Part shown: piece after piece, positions 38,189-49,177 of the stretch
How positions within the stretch are numbered: position 1 is the first letter of the stretch
Layout of the letters: the number at the start of each line of letters is the position of its first letter
Source of the DNA: Candidatus Alkanophaga volatiphilum
Lineage (GTDB): Archaea > Halobacteriota > Syntropharchaeia > Alkanophagales > B39-G2
Assembly (NCBI GenBank): GCA_029259545.1
Contig: JAPHEE010000003.1
Span: forward strand, 10,049-74,048
DNA length: 64,000 bases
Direction of reading: 5' to 3'
Program-made: the position numbers and the translations under genes
Notes under the pieces: generated by a model
Told to the model about the DNA's origin: nothing
Database searches by the model: none
Seen by the model: only the letters and a program-made list of their open reading frames with translations

Positions 38189-39427
38189 ATGGAAGAAAGT
38201 GAGAGGGTGCCGCCGGAAGCGAAGGACGATCTTTCGAGATACCTCATGGACAGGATAAGGCAGCTTGAAGAGATGAACTACCGCCTCAGGGAACGTATTT
38301 CCAGAATCGAGCGGGAGAAGCGATATCTGGAAGAACAGCGGCTGCGGTACGAGCGGGAGCTGAGGCGGCTGAGCAATGAGGTCGAGCGGCTGAAGTCTCC
38401 ACCACTGATCGTCGGGACGGTCATTGACGTTCTCGGCGACGGCAAGCTCCTTGTGAAAAGCAGCACCGGCCCCAAATTTGTGGTCAACGCTTCCGGCTTC
38501 TTGGACGTCGCGTCCTTGCGTCCCGGGACGCAAGTCGCTCTCAACCAGCAGACATTGTCCGTCGTCGAGGTCCTGCCTTCGATGAAAGATCCCATGATAT
38601 ATGGGATGGAAGTGATCGAGGCGCCTGACGTCGACTACGACCAGATAGGCGGACTTGAAAGGCAGATACAGGAGTTGAGAGAGGCAGTAGAGTTGCCGCT
38701 GATCGAGCCTGAGAGGTTCGAGCGGATAGGGGTTGAGCCGCCGAAAGGCGTCCTCCTCGTGGGACCGCCGGGCTGTGGAAAAACGCTTCTTGCAAAGGCA
38801 GTAGCGAAAAGGACGCTCGCCACGTTCATCCGTGTAGTGGGCTCGGAACTCGTCCAGAAGTACATAGGGGAGGGCGCCCGCCTCGTGAGGGAGCTCTTCG
38901 CCCTCGCCCGTGAAAAGGCACCCTCGATAATCTTCATAGATGAAATAGATGCTATAGGCGCCCGGCGTGTGGATGACGGCACTTCTGGCGACAGGGAGGT
39001 ACAAAGGACGATGATGCAGCTCCTTGCCGAGATCGACGGCTTCGACCCGCGGGGTGACGTCAAGATAATAGCGGCGACGAACCGCCCCGATATTCTCGAT
39101 CCGGCGTTGTTGCGTCCTGGGCGCTTTGACAGGATTATAGAAATACCGATGCCAGATTACGAAGCCCGCATAAAAATATTTGAGATACATGCGAGAAAAT
39201 TGCGGCTGGGCGACGACGTGGACTTCGGGAAGCTCGCTGCGATGACCGAAAACGCAACGGGCGCCGATATAAAAGCAATAACGATGGAAGCTGGGATGTT
39301 CGCGGTGCGGGAGAACAAAGAATGTGTTGAGATGGTAGACTTCGAACGAGCGGTACGGAAAGTCATGGCGGGCGGGCAGAGAGAAATACTAAAGGAGCTT
39401 AAAGAGCCAGGGGTGATGTTCGCCTAA
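38189..39427 (+). CDS. pan: proteasome-activating nucleotidase (AAA ATPase)
   Basis: N-terminal coiled coil, GPPGCGKT Walker A, AAA SRH region. Confidence 0.85.
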   Translation: MEESERVPPEAKDDLSRYLMDRIRQLEEMNYRLRERISRIEREKRYLEEQRLRYERELRRLSNEVERLKSPPLIVGTVIDVLGDGKLLVKSSTGPKFVVNASGFLDVASLRPGTQVALNQQTLSVVEVLPSMKDPMIYGMEVIEAPDVDYDQIGGLERQIQELREAVELPLIEPERFERIGVEPPKGVLLVGPPGCGKTLLAKAVAKRTLATFIRVVGSELVQKYIGEGARLVRELFALAREKAPSIIFIDEIDAIGARRVDDGTSGDREVQRTMMQLLAEIDGFDPRGDVKIIAATNRPDILDPALLRPGRFDRIIEIPMPDYEARIKIFEIHARKLRLGDDVDFGKLAAMTENATGADIKAITMEAGMFAVRENKECVEMVDFERAVRKVMAGGQREILKELKEPGVMFA

Positions 39428-39464
39428 TAATATTTTCACTATTTACAAAATGTCGCTAAGAAAG

Positions 39465-39484
39465 CCCCTCACTTCAGTGAGGGG
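39465..39484 (+). terminator. GC hairpin CCCCTCACTTCAGTGAGGGG after pan
   Basis: perfect 8-bp stem immediately 3' of pan. Confidence 0.35.
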
Positions 39485-39508
39485 ATGAATTAGGGGTGGT
39501 AGGTGGTT

Positions 39509-39531
39509 TTTATACTCTGAAATTAGTATAA
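39509..39531 (+). repeat. IS200/IS605-type left-end hairpin TTATACT-ctgaaatt-AGTATAA
   Basis: perfect 7-bp inverted repeat a few nt upstream of the tnpB start. Confidence 0.45.
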
Positions 39532-39535
39532 AGAA

Positions 39536-40754
39536 TGATGGAAATAACAAAGACCATCAGGTGTAAACTCATCGGACTAACGAAGCGAAAGTTAGACTTA
39601 ATCGAGAATACGACAACTTCCAACACTACTTGAAGACAGGAGAAGATAGAGGCGTTTATTCTGCAACGAAACAGCAAGGGAAAAGAGCCTATCGAAAAAT
39701 TGACCTTAAAAAAGAATATCCTCTTGTCATAAGAAAAGACCTGATGGATATTTGGAAGACTGATAACAAGCTCGCCAAATACTGGGCTCGCATTCCCGTT
39801 CACGGTGTTAGAGGCGGTATTAAGGTTGCTTTAGCTCATCAACCCTTCAACTTCGAGGAGTGGGGAATTTGTGGCTCTAAACTCGTTAGAAAGAATGGTG
39901 AGTTCTACCTCCATGTGACGGTCAAAAAGAATGTTGAACTCAGGAAGGAATACTCATCCATCATAGCAATCGATATGGGAGCGAGATGGGTGGGGGTGTC
40001 GGTGGCGCCCCACCGCAGTAAGCCAAAGTTCTACGGCAAGAGGGTGAGAGAGGTTAGAGGAAAGTATTTCCGGTTGAGGAGGAAGCTTGGAAGGGAGAAG
40101 AAACTACTGGCGATAAAGAGGACAGGACATAAGGAGAAGAGAGTTGTGAATAATGAGCTACACAAGATAGCAAAGGAAATTGTTGATGAAGCTGAGAAGC
40201 ACAACGCAATAATTGCAGTCGGTAATTTGAATGGGGTTAGAAAGAACAACAGGGGAAGAAAAGTGAACAGGAAAGTTAATTCGATGCCTTTCTACAAACT
40301 GAAGGAATATATCAAGTATAAAGCCCTTGAGAGAGGAATTGCAGTGATAGAAGTTCCAGAATTTAACACATCAAAGCAATGTTCTCGTTGCGGCTCGATG
40401 CGAGCTGAAAGACCTTCTCAAGGATTATTCATCTGCAAGGATTGTGGCTACCAGATTAATGCCGATGTGAACGGAGCTAAAAATATATTGAAGCGAGCCC
40501 AGGGCTATATGCTCTGGGCAGGGGCTTCTGTGACCCAGCCCGAAGGGGGGAGCAGGTACATCCTGCACACTCCCCAACCTCCCAAGGCTTCCGGTGGAAG
40601 CCCTGACTTTAGTCGGGAGGAGGTCACGAGGCTTAACTACCAGTCTATCGTAAATGCGACGAATCCTTTGCCATTTGAATTTAAATCCAGCAAGAACGCC
40701 GTTGTAAACAAAAAAGTTTTTATACGTATAATCCTCGCTTTCTCTTGTGAGTAA
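39536..40754 (+). pseudogene. tnpB: IS605/IS1341-family TnpB (RNA-guided nuclease family) with an N-terminal frameshift
   Basis: MMEITKTIRCKLIGLTKRKLDLIEN in one frame, then EYDNFQHYLKTGEDRGVY... in the ORF-track frame (39630-40754); RuvC-like and CSRCGS...CKDCGY zinc-finger motifs; no tnpA adjacent. Confidence 0.7.
40515..40627 (-). mobile_element. MITE-like repeat copy E (internally deleted, reverse orientation) inside the tnpB 3' end
   Basis: CTGCACACTCCCCAACCTCCCAAGGCTTCCGGTGGAAGCCCT...GGGAGGAGGTCAC is the reverse complement of the copy-B left arm. Confidence 0.45.
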
Positions 40755-42123
40755 GCTTAGAGGCTTGATAACGTATATTGCAGGACTGTTACTGACAGTT
40801 ATTGTAGTTAGTGGAACAGACCTCAACGCGAGTCAGATGGTATCCGTCACGATATTCATCGCTATAATTCTCGGAGCTATACTTTTTTGGAGATTAAGGC
40901 TGGCATTCGCGCTCGCCGGGGTCGCTGTTCTCCTGTTCTCGAGAGTATTAGACGTCCCGCATCTCATGAAGTACGCGCATTTCGATGTAATTCTTTTCCT
41001 TATGGGTATGATGACAGTAATAGGTTTTCTTGAGGAACAAGGTTTCTTTGAGCACGTCCTAGAAATACTTTTTAAGTACTTCAGCAGGAGCGGTCTTATG
41101 CTTATTTCTGGCCTTCTACTGATGTCCGCCGTTTTTGCAGCGCTCGTTGACGAAGTAACATCAATATTATTCATAACGGCACTGACGTTGCGCATAACTA
41201 AACATTACGACCTCGATCCACTACCGATGGTCATAGCTACCGTAATGGCTACTAACGTCGGCAGCAGCTTCACCGTTGTAGGCAACCCCATAGGCGTACT
41301 CATTGCATTTGAAGGAAACCTGACGTTCCTTGATTTCATCAGATGGGCCACTCCTATTGGTGTTATGGTGTTGATCTTGACCATAATACTTGCGTCCTTG
41401 TATTGGCGCCCTTACATTACGAAGCTTAATGATATGATGAACCTTTTAGGAGAGCCCAATCTTGGGGAGGAAGCAGATAAGCGTAAAATGAGAGTATCAT
41501 GGGCAATTTTCCTCTGCACGATAGGCGGTCTTGTATTACATCATCCTTTAGAGGAACTGTTGCACCTCGAAAGGAACACTTTATTGTTAGCGGTCCCACT
41601 AATAATGGCGGGAGTGACGCTGTTGATAAGCGGGGAGAGGGCAAGAGAGCTTATTGAGCGTCGAGTTGATTGGTGGACGTTAGCATTTTTTATATTCTTC
41701 TTCGCAACGGTAGGAACGCTTGCATACACTGGCGTCACGGAAATCATAGCCGAAGCTATCATAGCATACGCTGGCGGCAACCCAATTTTAATAACCGCTT
41801 TGATAACGTGGACTGCTGGCGTACTGAGCGCATTTATGGACAACATACTGGCAGTGGCTACACTGGTATCAGTCGTACACGGACTTGAAGCTTATGGTTA
41901 CCATGTATTCCCAACATGGTGGGGCATGCTTTTTGGCGCTTGCTACCTCGGTAATTTGACGATGATAGGTAGCACCGCGAATATCGTGGCGCTTGGCATA
42001 CTTGAGAAGGAAAGAGGCCGCCATATCCATTTTTTCGATTGGTTTAAGCCCGGATTGGTGATTGCAGTGCCTCAGCTGACGCTCGCAACGATATTGCTAC
42101 TGCTCCAACATTTCGTGTTTTAA
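40747..42123 (+). CDS. ArsB/NhaD-superfamily ion transporter (permease)
   Basis: 458 aa polytopic membrane protein with duplicated permease halves; start overlaps the tnpB end. Confidence 0.6.
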   Translation: MSKLRGLITYIAGLLLTVIVVSGTDLNASQMVSVTIFIAIILGAILFWRLRLAFALAGVAVLLFSRVLDVPHLMKYAHFDVILFLMGMMTVIGFLEEQGFFEHVLEILFKYFSRSGLMLISGLLLMSAVFAALVDEVTSILFITALTLRITKHYDLDPLPMVIATVMATNVGSSFTVVGNPIGVLIAFEGNLTFLDFIRWATPIGVMVLILTIILASLYWRPYITKLNDMMNLLGEPNLGEEADKRKMRVSWAIFLCTIGGLVLHHPLEELLHLERNTLLLAVPLIMAGVTLLISGERARELIERRVDWWTLAFFIFFFATVGTLAYTGVTEIIAEAIIAYAGGNPILITALITWTAGVLSAFMDNILAVATLVSVVHGLEAYGYHVFPTWWGMLFGACYLGNLTMIGSTANIVALGILEKERGRHIHFFDWFKPGLVIAVPQLTLATILLLLQHFVF

Positions 42124-42342
42124 TTTGGTTACTGTGATAACGATTATTACGAAGGTGAAAAGCAGTAAATCGTAACGTCTCCATACGTTATCAATGTAGG
42201 GGCGTCCGCCTTTCGATCTCAAATTTGGTTTGCCCTCGCACGGTGACGAAGGCGCTGCGGGCGTTTTCAAAAGTCCGCCAACCCATGTAACATACGGACG
42301 GTATGTTGCGCATTTATATGTTTTCGTCGCCGAAGTCGTGAC

Positions 42343-43310
42343 GTGAGCCGTAAGGTTGGAATATATATCCGGGTTAGCACGCAGGAGCAAGCTGAAAGCG
42401 GTATTAGTATCGAAATACAACGCTCCTTACTCTACAAGTTCTGTGAGCTGCACGGCTGGGAAGTTCACAAAGAATATGTGGACGCCGCCAAGAGTGCGGC
42501 GACCATAGAGCGAAAGGCGTTGCAGGAGCTTCTTGAAGACTGTGACCTCCTCCCCTGCTCACGCAAGAGGGCTTCCACCGGAAGCCTTGGGAGGTTGGGG
42601 AGTGTGCAGCACAAAGCTACGCTCCCCGCCGGGCGGGTCACGACGCCCCTGACCGCAGGATGTACCCACGGACTCGCCCAGACCTACATTAAACTTTCGG
42701 AGTATAAAAAATTAACTACCTCCAACCTCCCCAATTCATCCCCGCCCTCAGGACGAGCCCTCTTAGCGACTGGAGGTAAAATGGAGAAGTAGATACAGTC
42801 GTTGTGTTTAAGCTGGATAGACTTTCGAGGTCGCTTCGTGACCTGATCCTATTAATGGACGAGCTTAAAAGGTACGGCGTCGACTTCGTGAGCGTCACCG
42901 AACGCATAGACACGACAACCGCCGCCGGGAAACTCATGTTTCATATAATCGGGGCGTTTGCGGAATTCGAGCGGGAGATGACGATCGAGAGGACGAAGCT
43001 GGCGATGGACAAGAAGGTTAAGGAGGGCTCGTTTGTCGGGCGGCTCCCGCTTGGCTATCGCTACGACGAGAGCCGCCGCATAGTCCTTTCGGAGGACGCC
43101 GAAACCGTCCGCTGCGTGTTCTTTGACTTCCTCGAGACGCAGAACGTCAGTGAGGTCGCCCGGAAACATAACATGTCGAGGATGCAAGTTTACAGAATAC
43201 TTAGAAACCATTTTACGCTGGCATTGTCCACTGGCGGGACGTGGAGTGGCGGGGCAATCACCCTAAGATCATCAGCAAGAGGACGTTCGAAAAAGTCCAA
43301 AGGATTTTAA
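42343..43310 (+). pseudogene. small serine recombinase (resolvase/invertase family) disrupted by a MITE-like insertion
   Basis: N-part VGIYIRVSTQEQ (catalytic Ser)...LLEDCD, then 239-nt insert, then DTVVVFKLDRLSRSLRDL...GAFAEFEREMTIERT and C-terminal HTH; the two halves lie in different frames. Confidence 0.7.
42542..42780 (+). mobile_element. MITE-like repeat copy B (239 nt)
   Basis: the insert splitting the recombinase; ends GTGACCTCC... and ...CTTAGCGACTGGAGGTAAA; homologous to copy A. Confidence 0.6.
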
Positions 43311-43338
43311 ATTCGAGGAAGAACAGGAGCCGTAAGAG

Positions 43339-43905
43339 TCACAAAGTGAAAGAGTAGGTCTTCTCCTTAAGGCTTCTCCCCTCGAGTTCAAAGAGGTGCA
43401 CGATGCACGAGCGCCGGCTTACGTCGAGGAACATGAACGACGGCTTCCCGGAGCCACCACCGCCGCCCCAGACGCCCGTTGCGGAGCCGGGGTTCAGAAG
43501 TAAAACCTTCTTGCCGCCGGCGAGCCCTCGCATTAAGACCTGCGGGCGGTGCGTATGCCCTGAAATCAAAACATCGACGGCAAGCGTTTCCGCGATCCGA
43601 CATAGTTCCTTTACATTTCCCCTGGGGTAAATCCCATCGCCGTGTATCAGCCCTATTTTTAAGCCTTCAATCTCGGCAACGTCCCACTTCTTGAGGTTTA
43701 AATAGTCCATGTTGCCCCTGACGACGTGTAACTCACCGAACTCGGCGTAAAAGTCCAAGAGTTTCTCATCGGTGAGGTCGCCGGTGCAGAAGACCTGGCT
43801 CGTGCCGCCACTCATTATCCTCTCCACGATAACATCATCTATTTTCTTCGCCCTTGAAGGGATGTGCGTGTCTCCAATGACGAGAAGCCTCACATCCCCG
43901 CCCAT
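43339..43905 (-). CDS. metallophosphoesterase (YfcE/MJ0936-like)
   Basis: LLVIGDTHIP, GHTHRPQV, GSATG motifs. Confidence 0.7.
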   Translation of the reverse strand: MGGDVRLLVIGDTHIPSRAKKIDDVIVERIMSGGTSQVFCTGDLTDEKLLDFYAEFGELHVVRGNMDYLNLKKWDVAEIEGLKIGLIHGDGIYPRGNVKELCRIAETLAVDVLISGHTHRPQVLMRGLAGGKKVLLLNPGSATGVWGGGGGSGKPSFMFLDVSRRSCIVHLFELEGRSLKEKTYSFTL

Positions 43906-44648
43906 CCGCCCTCGCCCATGTCGTCGTCGGTTCTATAACACACAACCTCCTGCCTCTTTATCGGGAGCCACCTGAAGACATGCGGCGCCTCCCTTCTAAC
44001 ACGCTCTTTCAGCTCTTTCCACTCATTCAGGTAAGAGCGCCCGGCTTTTGCAAGTTCTGGTGGATACTCGCCAATGAGCATATCTTCTTCGTATGCTACG
44101 CCTTCGAGCCCTACCCAACTGTAATACTCGCGAAGCCTTTCAATAAGCTCACGCTTCTCGCTCTCGCTTGTCTCTTCCTCAATGATATAAAAGCCCACAG
44201 GTATGTACTTCGAGCCACTGTAGACCTGACCCACGCAAATAGCCTTTACTCTGCGTAAGTTTCCCTTCCTTATTTCTTCCTCAATAAGCGCCTCTACTTC
44301 CTGACGCCGCCCTCCTGCCTCTTCCAAAGCTTTTATCACCGTCGAGGGGCGTAACGGCGAAAATGTAGAAAGCAAGCCTGCAAGCAGTAGCTCTAAAGAT
44401 GGCTCCTTTACAACTCTATCATACACCCTCAAAACCTTCCTTGCAACTTCTTCTGAAAAGCTGTCCTTTTTATACCTATACGAGCCTCGAACGTTCTCCA
44501 CGAGGCTCCGGCGCTCAAGCTCGCGCAGCGCACGCCGCACATCATCCAAAGGCTCGTCGAGGCGGGCAGCAAGCTCTTCGGCGCTAAGCTCCTCGCCCCC
44601 CTCTTTGAGGTATTTCAATACCTTCACGGGCGTGGGCATCTCTAACAT
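43890..44648 (-). CDS. hypothetical protein with N-terminal winged-helix-like region
   Basis: 252-aa ORF; N-terminus resembles wHTH (VRRALRELERRSLVE). Confidence 0.4.
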   Translation of the reverse strand: MLEMPTPVKVLKYLKEGGEELSAEELAARLDEPLDDVRRALRELERRSLVENVRGSYRYKKDSFSEEVARKVLRVYDRVVKEPSLELLLAGLLSTFSPLRPSTVIKALEEAGGRRQEVEALIEEEIRKGNLRRVKAICVGQVYSGSKYIPVGFYIIEEETSESEKRELIERLREYYSWVGLEGVAYEEDMLIGEYPPELAKAGRSYLNEWKELKERVRREAPHVFRWLPIKRQEVVCYRTDDDMGEGGWAGM

Positions 44649-44688
44649 TCTAGGTATTTTGTTCTTGCCCCTGTTTTAATCTTGCTCA

Positions 44689-45336
44689 TCAGCAGTCACG
44701 TAAAGCCTGCTCTATCAAACGCCTTGCCCACCTTAGCTTTCGCTGCTTCGTCGCACTTACGCTTTTATCTTCGAAGTCGAAGCCGACGAGCTTTATGGAG
44801 GCGGCACCGAACTCCTTCGCGATGAAAACGCAGCGATCGCCGTCGGTGAAGCCGCCGAAGTTGTGGACGTGCGGCGGCAGCGGTCTGGCTTGCGTCGTGC
44901 AGAGTACCCTACTAAGCTCCGGCAGCACCCTTCTTATCATATCGATGTTGTCGCCGTGGGCGTGCGCCACGACGATAGCTCCGAGCCTGCTTGCGTAGAT
45001 GATATCAGGAAGATAGCCGTCGAGGTCGCTTACGATGATGTCGGGGAGCACGCCGCACTCCAAGACGACGGAAGTGGCGCCGTCCGCCGCCAAAACTACG
45101 TACTCAAAAGGGTCGATATTCCTCAGCTCCTCTCGGAGACATGGGGCAGCCCCGCATACAAGGACGTCCTTCCCCTCGATCACACCCCTCAGCTCCTCCA
45201 CGCTCACCTCCTTCCAGCTCATCCTTGAAATAGCCTCCGCTGCTACCGCCGCCGCCTCCTCATCCCTCTTCCGGTCATAGCCAAAGTCCGCTAAAATACG
45301 CTCGTATATCGGCTCCCACTCCTCAAACCGCATCAT
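44689..45336 (-). CDS. MptE-like 6-hydroxymethylpterin diphosphokinase family (DUF115) protein
   Basis: VLVCGAAPCL...VVLAADGATSVVLECGVLPDIIVSDLDG pattern. Confidence 0.5.
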   Translation of the reverse strand: MMRFEEWEPIYERILADFGYDRKRDEEAAAVAAEAISRMSWKEVSVEELRGVIEGKDVLVCGAAPCLREELRNIDPFEYVVLAADGATSVVLECGVLPDIIVSDLDGYLPDIIYASRLGAIVVAHAHGDNIDMIRRVLPELSRVLCTTQARPLPPHVHNFGGFTDGDRCVFIAKEFGAASIKLVGFDFEDKSVSATKQRKLRWARRLIEQALRDC

Positions 45337-45381
45337 ATTATTAAGGGGGCTCGCACAAAAATAGCACCGACGGCGGCAGCT

Positions 45382-46560
45382 ATGAAATACATAACCTTAA
45401 TAGGCGACGGCATGGCGGATTACCGCATCGCTGAGCTCGGCAATAAGACCGCACTCCAGGCTGCGAGCACGCCAAACATGGACTTCATAGCAGCAACGGG
45501 ACGTTGCGGCGTCACGAGAACCATTCCCGACGAGATGCCAGCGGGTAGCGATATCGCCATCCTCTCCATACTTGGCTACGACCCCCAAAAATACTACACC
45601 GGAAGAGGTCCGCTGGAAGCCCTAGGCAGGGGCGTGGAGCTGGATGGCAAGGATATTGCGTTCAGGTGCAACCTCGTAACTGTGAGCGGCGAGAGACTCG
45701 TGGATTACAGCGCCGGACATATTTCAAGTGAAGAGGCGAGGGTGTTGATCGAGGAACTTAATGAACGTCTTCCTGATGTCGAAATATATGCGGGCGTGGG
45801 ATACAGGCACATCTTGGTGCTGCGGGATGCGTTCGATGGCGAGATTCCCGAATGCACGCCACCGCATGACATGCTTGGCGAGAACTTCCACACGCACCTG
45901 CCTGAGAACGAGGCTCTCAAGCAACTCATCTTAAAGTCAAGAGAAATACTCGAGACGCACGAAATAAACAAGAAAAGGGAAAAAGAAGGGAAGCAAAAGG
46001 CAAATATGATATGGCTCTGGGGCGGAGGCGTGAAGCCTGAGCTCCCAAGCTTTAAGGAAAAATACGGTGTTCATGGCTCGGTGATTTCGGCAGTGGACCT
46101 GATTAAGGGCATTGGGCGAGCCTTGAGGCTTGTTATCGTCGATGTGCCCGGCGCCACGGGCTACTTAGATACAAACTACGAAGGAAAAGCAAGATATGCC
46201 CTTAAAAGTCTTCAGCGCAATGATTTTGTGCTTGTACACGTCGAGGCGCCGGACGAGGCGGCTCACGAGGGGGATGTCGCCGCCAAAATCAGAGCGATTG
46301 AAGACTTCGACGAGAAAGTGGTTGGGAACGTCCTTGCGGGCGTGCCTGATCTCGGCGCCGCTCGAATCTTAGTAATGCCTGACCATTATACGCCGGTCTC
46401 GGTGCGAACGCATACGAAGGAGCCCGTGCCGTTCGCTATCGCAGAGCTACCAAGCGGCGACGAGGGCGACTCCGTAAAAAGTTTCGACGAATTTTCAGCA
46501 CGCAAGGGAGCGTTTGGGAACACACCTGTTGAAGAGCTTATGAAGATGCTCATTTGCTGA
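45382..46560 (+). CDS. apgM: 2,3-bisphosphoglycerate-independent phosphoglycerate mutase, archaeal type
   Basis: LIGDGMADY N-terminus and ApgM family length/motifs. Confidence 0.8.
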   Translation: MKYITLIGDGMADYRIAELGNKTALQAASTPNMDFIAATGRCGVTRTIPDEMPAGSDIAILSILGYDPQKYYTGRGPLEALGRGVELDGKDIAFRCNLVTVSGERLVDYSAGHISSEEARVLIEELNERLPDVEIYAGVGYRHILVLRDAFDGEIPECTPPHDMLGENFHTHLPENEALKQLILKSREILETHEINKKREKEGKQKANMIWLWGGGVKPELPSFKEKYGVHGSVISAVDLIKGIGRALRLVIVDVPGATGYLDTNYEGKARYALKSLQRNDFVLVHVEAPDEAAHEGDVAAKIRAIEDFDEKVVGNVLAGVPDLGAARILVMPDHYTPVSVRTHTKEPVPFAIAELPSGDEGDSVKSFDEFSARKGAFGNTPVEELMKMLIC

Positions 46561-46570
46561 GCTGGGAGCT

Positions 46571-47866
46571 ATGACGCAGGCTGATGAGAGGGGAGAAATG
46601 ACGGCAGTGGGGAAGACGCTTGCTGACGAAGACGTTCTTGAGACGGCGAAGCGAATACTTAGTGAGGGCTACGTCTGCGACAACTGCTTGGGGCGGCAGT
46701 TTGCCCGTATTTCCACTGGAATGACCAACCGGGAGCGGGGACGCCTCATAAAGGAAAAGCTCAGAAAACGGGGGCTTTTGGAGAAGGAAAAATCTTCTGA
46801 GAAGTGTTGGGTCTGCAACGGGCTTTTCGAGCGTGTCGAGGAGTGGGCGTGGCGGGCGGTGGCGGCGCTGCGAGATTATGAGTTCAATACGTTCCTCGTC
46901 GGCACGAGGATGAGCGGACTACTCGCCGAGAACGAAGAAATGCTCTGGGAGCTCACCGGCGCCGAGTACGCCGAGCCGCTGAAGTCGGAATTCAACCGGG
47001 AGGTCGGGAAGATTCTGCAACGCTTGCTAGGCAAACGTGTCGATTTCAAAACGCCGGACGTCCTCGTCCTCATCGACCTGAATCGGGAGACCGTGGAGCT
47101 TCAGGTGCGTCCTGTCTTCATTTACGGACGCTACCGGAAGCTTGTCCGCGGAATTCCGCAGACGAGGTGGCCGTGCCGCTCCTGCAGGGGTGCGGGCTGC
47201 GAACGCTGTAACTTCACCGGGAAGATGTATCCGGAATCCGTCGAAGAACTCATAAAAGCGCCGGTCGTCGAGGCATTCGAAGCTGAAGACATGATTCTTC
47301 ACGGCTGTGGGCGTGAGGACATCGATGCCCGCATGCTCGGACGCGGACGCCCGTTCGTTGCTGAAGTCGTCGCCCCGAGGCGACGAACCGTGGACCTGCG
47401 GCGGCTCGAGGAGAGAATCAGGGAGAGCAGCGGCGGTAAGGTCGAGGTTCTGGGTCTGCGCTACGTTACGAAGGACGCCGTCGAGATCGTAAAAAACGTG
47501 AAAGCCGCTAAGACTTACAGGTTCAAGCTACAGCTCGCCGGAAAGGTGGATGAGCAGCAGCTCAGAGCCGCCTTAGAAGGGCTGAAGGGCGTGATACGAC
47601 AAAGGACGCCGCTGCGCGTCGTGCATCGCCGCGCTGATATCGTCAGAGAGCGAGAAGTCTACGACGTCCGCCTCGTGGAACTTGGTGAGCAGCCGATCGT
47701 GGAACTGCGGTGCGAAAGCGGGCTCTACGTTAAGGAACTTGTGTCCGGCGACGAGGGTAGAACCAAGCCAAGCCTTAGCGAGCTTCTTGGCGTCGCTGCC
47801 GAAGTTTCGGAACTTGACGTTCTCGATGTCGAATTTGAGCTGCCAGCGAGCGGTGGTCCTACCTGA
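46571..47866 (+). CDS. pus10: tRNA pseudouridine synthase Pus10
   Basis: CDNCLGRQFARI zinc ribbon, THUMP-like region, C-terminal catalytic domain. Confidence 0.75.
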   Translation: MTQADERGEMTAVGKTLADEDVLETAKRILSEGYVCDNCLGRQFARISTGMTNRERGRLIKEKLRKRGLLEKEKSSEKCWVCNGLFERVEEWAWRAVAALRDYEFNTFLVGTRMSGLLAENEEMLWELTGAEYAEPLKSEFNREVGKILQRLLGKRVDFKTPDVLVLIDLNRETVELQVRPVFIYGRYRKLVRGIPQTRWPCRSCRGAGCERCNFTGKMYPESVEELIKAPVVEAFEAEDMILHGCGREDIDARMLGRGRPFVAEVVAPRRRTVDLRRLEERIRESSGGKVEVLGLRYVTKDAVEIVKNVKAAKTYRFKLQLAGKVDEQQLRAALEGLKGVIRQRTPLRVVHRRADIVREREVYDVRLVELGEQPIVELRCESGLYVKELVSGDEGRTKPSLSELLGVAAEVSELDVLDVEFELPASGGPT

Positions 47867-47954
47867 CGACATAAGTACTGATAATATTTATCTATGACCT
47901 CAAACTATACCCACTCACACCGCAATAAAGGGAGGAAGGGGCAGGGCGGACGCC

Positions 47955-49172
47955 GTGGGCAATATCTTCGAGAACTTGCTTGGAGAAAGTAGAATTTTTG
48001 AAAATAAGGACGTTTTACGTCCGAGCTATGTGCCCGGACGCCTCCCGCACCGGGAGGAGCAAATAGAGTGTTTAGCTCGAGCTCTCGCCCCGGCGTTGAG
48101 AGGTGAGACGCCTTCCAACATACTGGTCTACGGGAAGCCAGGAACCGGAAAGACTGCGACCGTCCGGTACGTCGAGCGGGAGCTGAAGGACGCCGCCTGC
48201 AAGGTCGGGAGCAAGTGCATGCTGTTCTATTTGAACTGTGAAATAATAGACACGCAGTACCGAGTCTTTGCAGCAGTCGCAAGACAACTTAGCAAAAACG
48301 TGCCGATGACCGGCTGGCCGACAGACCACGTCTATCAGGAGTTCAAAAACGCTTTGGACGCCGAGGGTGGCTGCGCTATAATCATCCTCGACGAGATAGA
48401 CAAACTTGTCTCAAAGGGCGACGAAGCCCTTTACACGCTTTCAAGAATGAACTCGGAGCTTAGAAATGCAAGAATAAGCATAATAGGCATCTCTAACGAC
48501 CTTACCTTCACAGAGCGTCTTGATCCCAGGGTGAAATCCTCTCTGGGGCAGGAAGAAATAGTGTTTCCACCGTACAACGCCGTGCAGCTTCGTGATATTC
48601 TTGAGCAGCGCGCGAAAATAGCTTTTAAAGAGGGGATCCTTGATGACGACGTGATTCCGCTGTGCGCGGCGTTCGCCGCCCAAGAACATGGGGACGCCCG
48701 CAGAGCGCTTGACCTTCTGAGGGTTGCAGGCGAGCTGGCGGAGCGTGAGAATGCTGCGAAAGTCAGAGGCGAACATGTAAAGATGGCAAAGAATAAAATA
48801 GAGGCGGACAGAATCGCTGAGGTTGTGCGAACGCTGCCTTTGCAATCGAAGCTCGTGCTCAGCAGCATTTTACTGCTGGATACCGAGCGCAGAAAGAGGC
48901 GTTTCAGCACCGGTGAGGTTTATAACATGTATCGCAAATTATGCAAATACACAGGGACGGATGTACTGACGCAGCGTCGCGTGACGGACCTCATCTCAGA
49001 GCTCGATGCGTTGGGGTTGATAAACGCCGTGGTCATAAGTAAGGGACGATACGGGAGGACAAGAGAAATATCGCTGAGCGTGCCCTCAACCATAGTGAAA
49101 TCCGTGCTCTTTGAGGATTACAAGCTGAGCGCGCTCGCGGGAGTGAGGTTGAAGGTGCAGATGACCCTTTAG
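47955..49172 (+). CDS. cdc6: Orc1/Cdc6 replication initiator
   Basis: [16 protein letters not shown] Walker A, AAA+ fold, C-terminal winged helix. Confidence 0.85.
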   Translation: MGNIFENLLGESRIFENKDVLRPSYVPGRLPHREEQIECLARALAPALRGETPSNILVYGKPGTGKTATVRYVERELKDAACKVGSKCMLFYLNCEIIDTQYRVFAAVARQLSKNVPMTGWPTDHVYQEFKNALDAEGGCAIIILDEIDKLVSKGDEALYTLSRMNSELRNARISIIGISNDLTFTERLDPRVKSSLGQEEIVFPPYNAVQLRDILEQRAKIAFKEGILDDDVIPLCAAFAAQEHGDARRALDLLRVAGELAERENAAKVRGEHVKMAKNKIEADRIAEVVRTLPLQSKLVLSSILLLDTERRKRRFSTGEVYNMYRKLCKYTGTDVLTQRRVTDLISELDALGLINAVVISKGRYGRTREISLSVPSTIVKSVLFEDYKLSALAGVRLKVQMTL

Positions 49173-49177
49173 GGGGG

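Noticed and set aside
39536-43310. tnpB plus serine recombinase as a single IS607-family element
   Set aside because: Gene order is reversed relative to IS607 (tnpA then tnpB) and a 458-aa permease gene lies between them; treated as separate elements.
46715-46735. TTTCCACTGGAAT, resembling an archaeal ORB / mini-ORB origin box near cdc6
   Set aside because: Single copy, and it lies inside the pus10 coding sequence (encodes ...ARISTGMT...); no cluster of ORB repeats found flanking cdc6.
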